Shown: one piece after another, positions 1 through 10,100 of the stretch
Numbering within the stretch: the stretch's first letter is position 1
Layout of the letters: each line of letters starts with the position of its first letter
Assembly (NCBI GenBank): GCA_965203905.1
Contig: CBDBDQ010000005.1
Span: forward strand, 6,048,001 to 6,112,000
Source: Spirochaetia bacterium
Lineage (GTDB): Bacteria; Spirochaetota; Spirochaetia; SZUA-6; Bin103
Direction: 5' to 3'
DNA: 64,000 nt
Made by a program: the position numbers and the translations under genes
The notes under the pieces: model-generated
What the model was told of the DNA's origin: nothing
Database searches by the model: none
The model's input: the letters and a program-made list of their open reading frames with translations, nothing else

Positions 1-7
1 ACCGGCC

Positions 8-1261
8 TCAGTGCCCCGCCGGTGCCGGTTGCGCGGGCTGTGGCGCCGGCGTCGGCCGCGGGATGCCGAACGCGGTCACGGCGGTGGCCACCGCGATCAC
101 GGCGGCCAGCAGGAACACCATCTCGTAGCCCGATGCCTTCCAGATGATGCCGCCCAGGAACGGCACCGTCATGGAGAAGACGTGGTCGATGGTCACCCCC
201 ATCGACAGGGTGGTGGAGAGCTCGTCGCGGTTGGCGCACAGCTTGCCCACATACACCGCGCGCGCGGCGCCGACGAAGAACAGGATGTGGTCCAGCACGT
301 AGGTGGCGCCGATCACGATCAGGCCGATGGCCGGCGGGAAGAGCTGGGCGCCGTAGCCGTACATCAGGCACACCCCGCACAGCAGCACCGCATCCGCGGT
401 GAGGATGGTGCGCGGCCCGAACTGGTCGATCAGGCGGCCGATCAGCGGCATCGCCACCAGGTTGGTGACGGCCGTCGCCACCCACAACACCGCGATGGTC
501 TGCACCGGCTGTTCGTAGATCACCACCAGCACCCACACGGCGAAGGTGATGAACACCTGCTTGCGCACCCCGAACAGCGCGCTGAGGGCGTAGTAGCGGG
601 CGAACTTGCGCTTCACCACGAAGCGCCGCCGCCGCATCCGCTTCTGCGGCTGGCCGCGCACCGCCAGCCGCGTCAGCACCATCGAGGCGAGGAACAGGCC
701 GGCCGCGAGCGCGAAGAAGAAGCCGAAGTCGAGGTCGGTGATGGCGCGCAGGCCCCACACGCAGCCGGCCATGGCCAGCCCGGCCAGGGTCTTCCAGAAG
801 CCGATCCTGCCCAGCCGGCTGCCGGCCGTCGCCAGGTCGCCGTGGTCCACCACGATGGCGCGCTCGATCAGCATGCCCATGTGCTGGCCGGCCGAGTAGA
901 GCATCACGAAGATGATCAGCGGCATGCCCGGGCCGATGCCGGCGATGCCGTCTGCCAGCGGCCGCGCCGGGAGCAGCGCCAGGCCGATCACGCCCACCGC
1001 TCCCACCACCGCCGCCAGCGAGAACAGGCGCCGCTCCGAGAGGGTGCCCAGCAGCACCACGTAGAACACCATCGCGAAGCCCTGCGACTCGCGCGGAAAC
1101 TCCAGGAAACCGCGGAACCACTCGCCGATCTCGTAGCGCTCCCGGAGGAAGTTGGGGAAGTTGATCTCGACGGTGGTGGTGGCGGCGGCGAACGCGGCGA
1201 ACGCCGCCACCAGCAGCAGGTAGGCGCGCACCGCGTCGGGCCGCGCGCGAAGGGCTCGCAT
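8..1261 (-). CDS. MFS transporter
   Basis: About 12 hydrophobic segments and the motif A-like GRLIDQFGPR. Start moved to the ATG at 1261, which has GGAGG upstream. Confidence 0.85.
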   Translation of the reverse strand: MRALRARPDAVRAYLLLVAAFAAFAAATTTVEINFPNFLRERYEIGEWFRGFLEFPRESQGFAMVFYVVLLGTLSERRLFSLAAVVGAVGVIGLALLPARPLADGIAGIGPGMPLIIFVMLYSAGQHMGMLIERAIVVDHGDLATAGSRLGRIGFWKTLAGLAMAGCVWGLRAITDLDFGFFFALAAGLFLASMVLTRLAVRGQPQKRMRRRRFVVKRKFARYYALSALFGVRKQVFITFAVWVLVVIYEQPVQTIAVLWVATAVTNLVAMPLIGRLIDQFGPRTILTADAVLLCGVCLMYGYGAQLFPPAIGLIVIGATYVLDHILFFVGAARAVYVGKLCANRDELSTTLSMGVTIDHVFSMTVPFLGGIIWKASGYEMVFLLAAVIAVATAVTAFGIPRPTPAPQPAQPAPAGH

Positions 1262-1341
1262 GCGACGCCTCCAGCATGGCACCAACGCCACTTCTGCGCC
1301 ATCCCCTTGACGGAGACCATGCCCCTACCGGAGCGTAGGCG

Positions 1342-2304
1342 GTGATGAAAGTGCTCGTTCCCGGCGACGACCCGCCGCAGATCCAGGATTCAGGCCATCT
1401 CGACCGACTGCGGGCGCGCCCCGAGATCGACGAGGTGCAGGTCTGCCGCGACCGTCCCGGCAGCCTGGAAGCGCTGGTCGAGCGGGCCACGGGGGCGCAG
1501 CTCGTGATCAACTCGCGCGGCACGGTGCGCTGGCCGGAGGAGGTATTGCGGCGGCTGCCGGAGCTGCGTCTCATCGCCACCTGCTCCATCGGCACCGACA
1601 TGATCGACCTGGCCGCGGCTCGGCACTGCGGCGTGGTGGTGAGCAACCAGCCGGGGCGCACGGCGCCGGTGGTGGCCGAGCACGCCCTCGGGCTGATGCT
1701 GGCGCTGGCCAAGCACGCCGCCTTCCACACGGCGCAGATCCGCGCCGGCCGCTGGCCGCGGGTGGAGGGCGTCTACCTGCGCGGCAAGGTGCTGGGCATC
1801 GTCGGCAGCGGCGACATCGGCGCCGAGACGGCGCGGCTGGGCAACGCCCTCGGCATGCGGGTGGTGGCGTGGACCTTCAACCCGTCGCCCGAGCGGGCGG
1901 CGCAACTCGGCGTGCGCTACGTGGCGCTGGAGGAGCTGCTGGCCGGCAGCGACGTGGTGAGCCTGCACCTGCGCCTGAGCGCCGAATCACAGGGCCTGAT
2001 CGGCGCCCCGCAACTTGCCCTGATGAAGCCCGGGGCAATGCTGATCAACACCGCCCGCGGCGGGCTGGTGGACGGCGCGGCACTGGCAGACGCGCTCGAC
2101 CGGGGTGCCCTGTTCGGGGCGGGGCTCGACGTGTTCGAATCGGAGCCGCCGCCGCCCGACGATCCGCTGCTGCGCTGCGAGCGCGTGGTGCTGACCCCGC
2201 ACGCCGCCGACATGACACCCGAGGGCGTGGAGCTGCTCAACGAGGGCGCCGTCGACAACGTCATCGCCTTCCTCGACGGCACGCCGCGCAACGTCGTCAC
2301 CTGA
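1342..2304 (+). CDS. D-isomer-specific 2-hydroxyacid dehydrogenase (SerA/GhrB-like)
   Basis: GIVGSGDIG Rossmann motif, INTARG, LDVF and catalytic TPH. Confidence 0.9.
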   Translation: MMKVLVPGDDPPQIQDSGHLDRLRARPEIDEVQVCRDRPGSLEALVERATGAQLVINSRGTVRWPEEVLRRLPELRLIATCSIGTDMIDLAAARHCGVVVSNQPGRTAPVVAEHALGLMLALAKHAAFHTAQIRAGRWPRVEGVYLRGKVLGIVGSGDIGAETARLGNALGMRVVAWTFNPSPERAAQLGVRYVALEELLAGSDVVSLHLRLSAESQGLIGAPQLALMKPGAMLINTARGGLVDGAALADALDRGALFGAGLDVFESEPPPPDDPLLRCERVVLTPHAADMTPEGVELLNEGAVDNVIAFLDGTPRNVVT

Positions 2305-2325
2305 CCGGCCGGAAGGAGCCGCACC

Positions 2326-2371
2326 CTCAGCGCGTCGAGAGGACGAACTCCAGCACCTCCGGCCGCACCTC
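2326..2371 (-). repeat. 46-bp imperfect direct repeat, left copy; an orphan duplicate of the GH2 gene 3' end (EVRPEVLEFVLSTR*)
   Basis: 42/46 identical to 4395-4440 by direct comparison. Confidence 0.95.
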
Positions 2372-2487
2372 GGGGAGGAATCCTTCTATTTGTACGAACA
2401 GAATAGTAGGGGGCGCGCGTAACGAACCCAATCCATGGTCTCCGAAGATGGCCTCATTTCGAGACACTCGCCACCAATTCGAAGTCA

Positions 2488-2874
2488 TTATGTAGGAGTA
2501 GGAAACACCGTCGCGCTACGGGCGAATCTTCTGCGCATGCTCTTCGTCTTCTTCCCTTCAATGTCACTATGCGCCGGTCGATCCGGTAGTATTGGCGTAA
2601 ATCGCAGAATCTGTCCATGCGACCAATATGTATCGGCGAGAACAGATGCTACTTTTTGGTCGGGTCCTGACCACTGTGGCCATTCACGAGCTGTGGATAC
2701 AGGTGTAGACTTGGCGCCCCAGTTCGAGGACATGGCTAACCCATCGGAGTCGTTGCTGAATGCGGCTGATGATACCGTTCCGTTGCCCTTGTCGTGTTCT
2801 GGATTGATGGCGCGATAAAAATGGTCTGTACCAGCTGGTGGTGTCGGAAACCCACGGTGCTTAACTGATTGCAT
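2488..2874 (-). CDS. Small hypothetical protein, putative ADP-ribosyltransferase-fold toxin
   Basis: 128-aa ORF in the low-GC region with the pattern FYRAI...VSSAAF...AMSSNW...P..P.RPAHSDI. The fold is inferred. Confidence 0.55.
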   Translation of the reverse strand: MQSVKHRGFPTPPAGTDHFYRAINPEHDKGNGTVSSAAFSNDSDGLAMSSNWGAKSTPVSTAREWPQWSGPDQKVASVLADTYWSHGQILRFTPILPDRPAHSDIEGKKTKSMRRRFARSATVFPTPT

Positions 2875-3338
2875 ATTTCTTCTTTGAAGAGACAGATAAC
2901 CTCTTGAATTCCTACGATTCCCTCATCTATCGTATCCCCAGAGTCGGGATGACTAATGAGATACTCTAGAGGAGATCCGCTAGTGGGTATGCTCACTAGA
3001 AAGTCTCTGCAATGGAGAGAGTCCCACTCCAACTCGACCCCACCGGAAGACAGAGGTGATATGAACGCCAGCCGCACTAGATGGTGTGAACATGAAGCCA
3101 AGCTACAGAGGAGCTCTGCACAAACCTCGAGGGACATCTGGGACATTCGAACTGAGCCGTCGCCATTCCAGCCGTCCTTCAGACCGGCCAGATGCACCAA
3201 TCTATCGGCTGCAGCCGGCACTGACCGGCGAAGTGAGGTTAAATCAGACGTAACCACGGGGTCCACCATGCGGTTTCGTTCGTCTCCCCACCAAGCGGTA
3301 GTCGTGGCAAAAAAATGTCGGGGCAGTGTGTCAGACAT
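2736..3338 (-). CDS. Hypothetical protein with LxxLxxGWNGDG...ISPxxxGGVELEW motif
   Basis: 200-aa ORF whose start overlaps the upstream gene's end by 8 nt and whose end overlaps the downstream ORF by 139 nt. Confidence 0.6.
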   Translation of the reverse strand: MSDTLPRHFFATTTAWWGDERNRMVDPVVTSDLTSLRRSVPAAADRLVHLAGLKDGWNGDGSVRMSQMSLEVCAELLCSLASCSHHLVRLAFISPLSSGGVELEWDSLHCRDFLVSIPTSGSPLEYLISHPDSGDTIDEGIVGIQEVICLFKEEICNQLSTVGFRHHQLVQTIFIAPSIQNTTRATERYHQPHSATTPMG

Positions 3339-3978
3339 GGAAAGTTTCTATGAAAGCTCTCGCGTCATGTATGATCTTATAGAAGCCATCAAGGATTTCA
3401 TCCTTGGATGGCTCACCAGTCTTCTCGACATGGAGATTAATGTTCAAGTATGCTCGCCTGATTTGTTCGTTCATAAACCGGGGTTCAATGGAGAGATTTC
3501 GAACTACGCCGGCACGGTCCAAAAACGTGATGCGAGCAGACCCGCCTACAATACGCCAGTCATCGACCTCAGGAAACCCAGAGAATGCTTTGGCTGCGAT
3601 GTAATTGAAAGCAGAAACGTCGCCTGTTGAGAAAGAAAACTCAGCGTTAAATCCGTGTGCCATCGCGTTCGCTAGAGGTTTCTCTGTGTATTCCAATACT
3701 TGGTGAACTATTTCCGCCAGGGCAGGTATTCCATCATCGCGCGGATACTCCTGGAGAACGGTGCTCCTGCGTGGTGTCAGGTCGATGTGGATCCGGTCCC
3801 GATCCAGGCTAACGCGTTTTCCAGGTCCGCCCGAAACATCATTGATGTTACTCCAACGGTACTCGTAGAAGTTTCTTCCAAAACGGTCAATCGACTCGAC
3901 CGAGTCGAGTAGCTCTACTCCCAAGATGACGAAATTGATCGAGATGAGTTCAGTTTTGGGCACGGACATACTTTTCAC
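3331..3978 (-). CDS. Hypothetical protein, TIGR04255-like
   Basis: 215-aa ORF with an alternating beta pattern and AHGFNAEF / LSIEP / YLNINLH motifs, directly downstream of a sigma70 promoter. The family call is from recall. Confidence 0.6.
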   Translation of the reverse strand: MKSMSVPKTELISINFVILGVELLDSVESIDRFGRNFYEYRWSNINDVSGGPGKRVSLDRDRIHIDLTPRRSTVLQEYPRDDGIPALAEIVHQVLEYTEKPLANAMAHGFNAEFSFSTGDVSAFNYIAAKAFSGFPEVDDWRIVGGSARITFLDRAGVVRNLSIEPRFMNEQIRRAYLNINLHVEKTGEPSKDEILDGFYKIIHDARAFIETFHV

Positions 3979-3998
3979 ATCCCACTCTTACTGTACTA

Positions 3999-4027
3999 AT
4001 GCTACGTGACACCTTCAAGATGGTCAA
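3999..4027 (-). promoter_or_regulatory. Sigma70-type promoter of the islet operon
   Basis: TTGACC (4027-4022), 17-nt spacer, TAGCAT (4004-3999); 20 nt upstream of the GTG at 3978. Confidence 0.65.
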
Positions 4028-4394
4028 CACTTGGTGACATCATATTCATCCTTTGTTGGCGACCATACCGACGCCGGAGAGCTTGGTGGGCGAGCCGAGG
4101 TAGCGCGGGTGACTAGGTCGTCGTTGAGGTAGTAGTCCGGGGCGCGCCCAGCTCGCTGGTTCCGCACTGGTAGCGGGCGGCGAATCGTACCGCCCGGTGG
4201 GCGGGCACCGAGAACCAGATCGGTCGAGCGCTCCGCGAGTGACAAAGACCGGACTCGACGCCGAGCCGGTGCTGTAGTACGAAGGGACCTCACAGTCAGG
4301 TGTCGACCGGCAGCTCCTGTGTATAGGCGATCCGTCGGGAGATGCCCGTCGAGTGGCCTGGCGGAGAGACAGCGTGCCGTCGGCGAACAGCTCG

Positions 4395-4440
4395 CTCAGC
4401 GCGTCGAAAGGATGAATTCCAGCACCTCGGGCCGCACCTC
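4395..4440 (-). repeat. 46-bp imperfect direct repeat, right copy; the functional 3' end of the GH2 gene (EVRPEVLEFILSTR*)
   Basis: 42/46 identical to 2326-2371. Confidence 0.95.
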
Positions 4441-7164
4441 CACGGCGGGCCGGAACCGCTCCGACGCCGCGTAGCTCAGCAGGCTGTAGCGGAGCTGGCG
4501 CGCCACGATGCGGCGTTCCAGGTGGCTGTCCACGTCCAGCGTGCACACCAGCAGCCGGCCGCGGCCCACCGCGGCCTCGAACAGGACCGCCTCCCGGTTG
4601 TTGCGCAGCGGCTGGTCGATCACCTGGATGATCGGCGCCAGCTCGGCCGGCAGGTCGTTGAGCACCACCGCCCGAGCCGGGCTCAGGACGCCGTTGCCGC
4701 GGAACAGCTCCTCCTCGGTGTATTCCACCTCCTCGACGATGCTCAGCAGCTCCCACCAATGCCAGTTGGAGTGGTTGTCGGTCGGGAAGTGCGCCAGGGA
4801 GGGGTGCGCGGTGTCGATCACCAGGCCGCTGGACATCGGCTGGTTGGAGACCCAGAACGGGCTCCAGAAGACATTGGCGAAGCGGATCGGCTCGGCGTTC
4901 AGCAGCCGGCGCGCGAACAGCATCACCGTGGCGCCGTCCACCAGCTGTCGCCTGAGATTCTCGGTCCACTCATGGGCCACGACCAGCCCGTCCGGCTGCG
5001 GCATCTCGAGCGTCTCCGGGAACACCCACAGGGGCCAGTCGTTGGCCACCGCGGTGTCGCGGAGCGCCACCTCGAAGGAGAACTTCTGCGGGCTGGCGGC
5101 GGACGCCAGCGGCGCCGTCACCTCGCCGAGCGGCGTCAGTGCGCCCTGCGCCACGGCGGCCGGCTCCAGGTCACCCGCGGCAAGCGCCCTGCCGGCGGTA
5201 TCCCGGATCGTCCAACCGGCCGCGGCGCCGGCGATCGGGCCCGGCCCGTAGTTCGCCACCTCGACATCGGCGCTGAAGCTCTCGGCACTGGTCCAGACGT
5301 AGCGCGGGAAGCGCGCCAGCAGGACCACCGGCTGGCAGAAGCGGCGCCACGCGTCCGGCGCGATGATCCCCTTGGAATCCCAGAAGCTGTCGAGGATCCC
5401 GACCGTGGCCGATCCCTGACCGGGATAGTCGTGGATGTCCAGGAGCTGGAAGCCGCCGTAGCCGGGCGTTCGCAGCGCGCGCTCGATCTCCTCCCGGTAG
5501 AGCAGCGCGGACAGCGCACCCGATGCCTGCACGAAGGTCGGCGCCAGGTCCAGCATGCCGCGCCGGTCGAGCGACTCGCGGAACAGCTCGAAGCTGCGCG
5601 CCCGCAGGTTGCCGCGGTACTTCGGCAGCTCCGCGAAGTTCGGGTACACCCACCACTGGCCGAGCTCGTGGGTCACCACGGGCATGTCGTAGGGAGCGAA
5701 CAGGTCGCGGTAGTCGCCGTCGGTCCGCGGCCGCTCGGTGAAAAAGAAGGATTTGCCACGGTTTTCGGCGAAGTCGCGACCGAAGGGAGTGACCCAGAAC
5801 TGGTCGCCGTCGTAGGGACGTTTCACCACGAAGTCGTTGCTCACGGTCGCGTACAGGCGCCGGGGATCCGCCTGCCGCGCCCCCGAGATGAGGCGATGGC
5901 CCGGCCGGTCGGGGGAGATCTCGTTGCCCATGGTCATCAGGCAGAACGAGGGGTGGTTGCCGTAGCAGGCGAGGATGCGGGCCAGCTCCTGCTTGCGCCA
6001 GGCGTCGTCGAACGCGGTGCGCGGGGGGTGGGTCCTGCCGGCTTCGGAGAACTCGACCATCTCCGGCTGCAGCAGGATCCCCTCCTCGTCCGCCGCGATG
6101 AACGCCGCCTCCGGCGGCGTCCACGAATGGAAGCGCCAGTGGTTGAGCCCGTAACTCTTGCCGATGCGATAGATGCGCCGCCACGACTCCACGTCCATGT
6201 CCGGATACCCGGTCACCGGCGCGTTGCCGCCGTCGTGGGTGCCGCGCAGGAACACCACGCGCCCGTTGAGCAGGAACTGCGTGCCCCGAGTCCCCATCTC
6301 CCGCAACCCGAAGGTAACCTGGCGCCGGTCCCGCGAAGCGACCGGTGCGGTACTCTCGAGGGTCACCTCCAAGCGGTACAGGTTGGGGGAGAACTCGTCC
6401 CACAACTTCGCGTCGCTGCCCAGGGACAGCTCGGTCACGATGGCAGGCTGGTGGATGCCCCCCGCCGCGAAAGACGATTGCGCGCTGACCGGAGCTGCGT
6501 CGGGTGAGTCCTTGGGCCGGACGTTGCAGCTCAGGGTCCCCGCGGCGGTCCCACCCGCGTCGTTGCCGATCTTCGACACGACACGGATGCTGCGCTCCGC
6601 CACGTTCGGGTACACCTGGACATCGGCAAGATGTACCGGATCGCGGCAGGACAGCTCGATCCTTCCGATCACGCCGTTCCACACCGTCTGGGTGTGCTCG
6701 GTGTAGGCGTGGTTGCGGAACCGTTTCGGCGTGCCGCGCGGCGTACTGTCCACCATCAGGGTCAGGCGGTGAGCACCGGGGCTCGCCCAGCGGGTGAGGT
6801 CGTAGACCTGCGGGGTGAGGAGGCTGTCGCGATACCCCACCCGTTCTTCGTCCAGCCACAGCTCGGTCTCCCACAGGCACCGCTCCAGGAACAGCAGGAC
6901 ACTTTTTCCAGCCCACTGCCGCGGTATCTCGATCTCCTTCTGGTACCAGGCCTGGCCTTCGAATACGTGCGTCCGGGTGAGGTAGGTCACTTCCCGCGCA
7001 TCGTTCTCGCGTCCGTAGCCGGCGTCGTCGGTGGACCCGGGAAGGGCGATCGAATCCGACAGGGCGCCGCCGAACCAGCGTTCCGCAACCCCCCGGCGCT
7101 CCGGGTCGAGCCGGAACCCCCAGGTACCGGCCAGCGACAAGGTCGTCGCATCGTCTTGCATCAT
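4396..7164 (-). CDS. Glycoside hydrolase family 2 (beta-galactosidase/glucuronidase-like), 922 aa
   Basis: LSLAGTWGF sugar-binding domain, LNHWRFHSW, NHPSF..MGNE (acid/base) and VVTHELGQ (nucleophile). The true start is the ATGA overlap at 7164; the 1794-aa track ORF is over-extended. Confidence 0.9.
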   Translation of the reverse strand: MMQDDATTLSLAGTWGFRLDPERRGVAERWFGGALSDSIALPGSTDDAGYGRENDAREVTYLTRTHVFEGQAWYQKEIEIPRQWAGKSVLLFLERCLWETELWLDEERVGYRDSLLTPQVYDLTRWASPGAHRLTLMVDSTPRGTPKRFRNHAYTEHTQTVWNGVIGRIELSCRDPVHLADVQVYPNVAERSIRVVSKIGNDAGGTAAGTLSCNVRPKDSPDAAPVSAQSSFAAGGIHQPAIVTELSLGSDAKLWDEFSPNLYRLEVTLESTAPVASRDRRQVTFGLREMGTRGTQFLLNGRVVFLRGTHDGGNAPVTGYPDMDVESWRRIYRIGKSYGLNHWRFHSWTPPEAAFIAADEEGILLQPEMVEFSEAGRTHPPRTAFDDAWRKQELARILACYGNHPSFCLMTMGNEISPDRPGHRLISGARQADPRRLYATVSNDFVVKRPYDGDQFWVTPFGRDFAENRGKSFFFTERPRTDGDYRDLFAPYDMPVVTHELGQWWVYPNFAELPKYRGNLRARSFELFRESLDRRGMLDLAPTFVQASGALSALLYREEIERALRTPGYGGFQLLDIHDYPGQGSATVGILDSFWDSKGIIAPDAWRRFCQPVVLLARFPRYVWTSAESFSADVEVANYGPGPIAGAAAGWTIRDTAGRALAAGDLEPAAVAQGALTPLGEVTAPLASAASPQKFSFEVALRDTAVANDWPLWVFPETLEMPQPDGLVVAHEWTENLRRQLVDGATVMLFARRLLNAEPIRFANVFWSPFWVSNQPMSSGLVIDTAHPSLAHFPTDNHSNWHWWELLSIVEEVEYTEEELFRGNGVLSPARAVVLNDLPAELAPIIQVIDQPLRNNREAVLFEAAVGRGRLLVCTLDVDSHLERRIVARQLRYSLLSYAASERFRPAVEVRPEVLEFILSTR

Positions 7165-10100
7165 GATGCCATCCCCACGGTGAGCTCGGTCACGCTGCGC
7201 GAGCCAAAGGACACCTCCACGCTCTGCCATCCCTCCGCCGCCGCGACCGCCGCTTCGCTCCCGCCGACGGCAACCGAGGCGATCCTGCCTTCCAGCGCGT
7301 GCAGCTTGACCGCCGCCGACCCATGGCCGTGCAGCACCGCGGTGACGCTGCCGCCCGCCACCGCCACCTCCTCCAGGTGCACCTTGTCGTCCTCCACCAG
7401 CAGCGCCAGGGCCCCGCACCGGGTGACCGCGCTGATCCTGCCCTCGCGCACCGCCAACTCGACCCAGGCGTCCCCCAGCCGCAGCCGGCACGCCTTCTCG
7501 TTGTCCGCGGCGGTCCAGTCGGTGTTCAGCAGGTGGATCGTCTGCACGCCGCCATCCTCCTCCCGGACGGTGTAGTACACGTCGCCGCTCACGTCCTCCA
7601 GCTCCACCGGCCACGGGATGGTCTGCGCCAGCGCCCGCACCAGCGGCTTCACGAACGGCACCAGGCGCGAGTTGCCGGGGTACTCGTGCGTGCACAGCAG
7701 GTACGCCTCCCCCTCCCCCACCCGGTGGCGCACCAGCACGGGTGCGCCGGTGGCGAGGTCGGTCGCCAGCACCTCGGCGCCGGCCAGCTCCACCTCGGCC
7801 AGGTCCACCAGCGGATGCTGGGGCACCACCGGTGGCGGCGTCGAGGTCGTGGACACCTGGAAGAAGCCGCCCACCGGGTTGTGGGAGACTGCGGGATTCC
7901 CCTGGATCCGGCCAAGACGCGGCCCGCGGCCCTTCACGGCGACGCCGAACAGGTCGCGGAAGTCGCCGTCCCGGACCAGGTTCAGAGGCTCCAGGTCCTC
8001 GACCAGGAAGCGGCGCGACTCGTTGCCGGTGGCGTGCGGCACGCTCATGAACAGCCGTCCGCCCTGCTCCACGTAGGCGCGCAGGCTCCCGTACTGCGCC
8101 TCGTCCATCGTGTTCCAGCCCAGCAGCAGCAGCAGCTTGTATTGCGCCAGGATCTCCCCGGGCGCGTCGATCGGTGCCAATTCGATCTCGCCGAGCGGTG
8201 TGCCGCAGTACCAGCGGCGCAGGATTTCCGGGGTCTGCTCCAGGTTGGGAAGCCAGACCCCGGGGAAGAACAGGTCCAGGTAGCGCAGGCCGTACTCCGG
8301 GGTGAGGGGCCGCCACTCCGGTCCCATGGCGCCGAAGTTGCGCCACACCACCGCCGGGGCGTTGTCCTGGCCGAGCGGATCGGTGCGCGAGATGCCGTCG
8401 GTCACGTCGCAGGCGTAGCGGCCGATCAGGCAGGCCTGCCTCACGCTCAGCGTGCCGCGCCGCGGGTGGGAACCCGCGTAGCGGTAGAACTCCTTCAGAA
8501 TCTGCTGGCGCATCCGCGGGATGTAGTCGCCGCGGCCGTACACCCGGCAGTGCTGGGTGCGGTACAGGTTCTCCTCGTCGTTGACCTGCACGGCGCCGGC
8601 CACGTAGGCCAACTGCAGCGACAGCCGCCACATTCTCAGGTGATAGCGCCGTTCGGGAACCACGTGGCCCCCCTCCGCCTGGTAGGTGCCCCAGAGCCGT
8701 CGATAGGCGCGCGCCGCGCCCCGCGCGTCGGCCACCAGCAGTGTGTTGTGGCTCTTGTTGAACTGGCTCAGGGTCCAGGCCATGCCCGCCTCGCAGGCGT
8801 AGGCGTGGATGCCGGAGCTGCTGATCAGGGCCAGGTTCGGCATCTGCGGGTCGGCTTCGTGTACCCACGCCACGAGTCCCCGCTGGTAGGCCATGTAGTT
8901 CTCGTACGCGGTGCGCATCGTGCGCCGCTCCGCGGAGATATTGCTCGGCAGCCGCTCCGGCATCACCGCGTAGCCCCAGAGAAAGCCGTCGTACTCGCTC
9001 CAGTAGTAGCCGCTGAACAGCGGCCCCAGGATGTCGCGCTGCTCCTTGGCCCAGTGCCGATCGAACTGGCTCGCGGCCTGCATGCTCAAGCCGAGGCGCT
9101 TGCAGCAGGCCGCGATGGCGAGCCCCCGCGCATGCACGTGGCAGCCCCGGAACACCAGTATGTTCCCCAACTGGTTGTCGCTGAAATGTTGCAGCACTTC
9201 TTCCAGGTAGCCGGGGATCTCCTTGCACATCATGCCGTCTTCGAACCCCACCAGCATCGGGTGCGGTTCCGCGCGGCTGGCGACCACCTGCTCGATACGA
9301 CCCTCGCAGCGGGCGGCGGCCGAAGCGAAGGCGACGACCGCGTCGGCCAGGGGCTCCTCCGCCTTGAGCCTGAGCCGATGGCGGCCCGCGCCCAGCGGCT
9401 CGGGAATCGGGTCCAGCAGGATGACGCCCCGTGGCAGGTGGGCCTGCACCTGCCGCTGCTCGCTGCGGCACAGGAGCTCGATCTCGAACTCGCTGCCGCG
9501 CACCACCCACGCCGGGCATACCGTCACTTCGAGATCCTCCAGCCGGCGTTCCTCGAAGTACACGCGGGCGATCATCAGGTGGTGTTGCGAATCGAGGTTG
9601 GTGATGCGCAGCCGGTTGACTCCGGGCGCCAGCCGCTGCACCGGCAGCACCACCTCCAGCTCCTCGATCGTCGGTACCCAGACGTGCCAGAAGGTCTGCG
9701 TCCCGCGGGCGACCTCGCTGCCGTTGAGCTCGATCGCGTACGGGAGATCCTCGATGATCGTGTCCGTTCCGGGGTTCCACCTGCCTGCGCGCGCATCAAC
9801 CCGATCCGGCGTCTCGCCGGGGATGACCACGGTTGACGCCCACCGGATCACGGCCGCGATGGCCGCGCGCCCGTCCCGCATCGACTCCTGCCGGCGGAAG
9901 GAACGCGGGACGTTCACCTCCACGCCGCGGCCGGGAAGCGCCCACGCCCAGTCGATCCGGAAGCAGCGGTGCACCGGGCCCCGGAAGCTGGGCGCCTCGG
10001 CCAGGTCGCGCCAGCGGCCGTCGGCCGCCGTGAGCTGCCGCAGGTCGCGCGCATCGTCGAGGTTGGGGTCGTCGTCGTCGAAGAACGCCGACAGGTTCAC

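Larger units (their letters stand above)
2372..4394. mobile_element. Low-GC inserted islet with no integrase or transposase
   Basis: Sampled 60-nt lines are 42-62% GC, against 78% in a sampled flanking line. The islet lies between the two 46-bp repeats. Confidence 0.75.

Noticed and set aside
2380-2470. Imperfect hairpins after the islet operon as an integron attC site
   Set aside because: No properly paired RYYYAAC...GTTRRRY ends and no integron integrase; more likely terminator-like
4024-4293. 89-aa ORF in the islet, with a PDYYLNDDL segment faintly like sulfatases
   Set aside because: No SD, biased composition, and the similarity is too short to support a call
2326-4440. 46-bp repeat pair as a diversity-generating retroelement TR/VR
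   Set aside because: Too short, mismatches are not adenine-restricted, and there is no reverse transcriptase in the window
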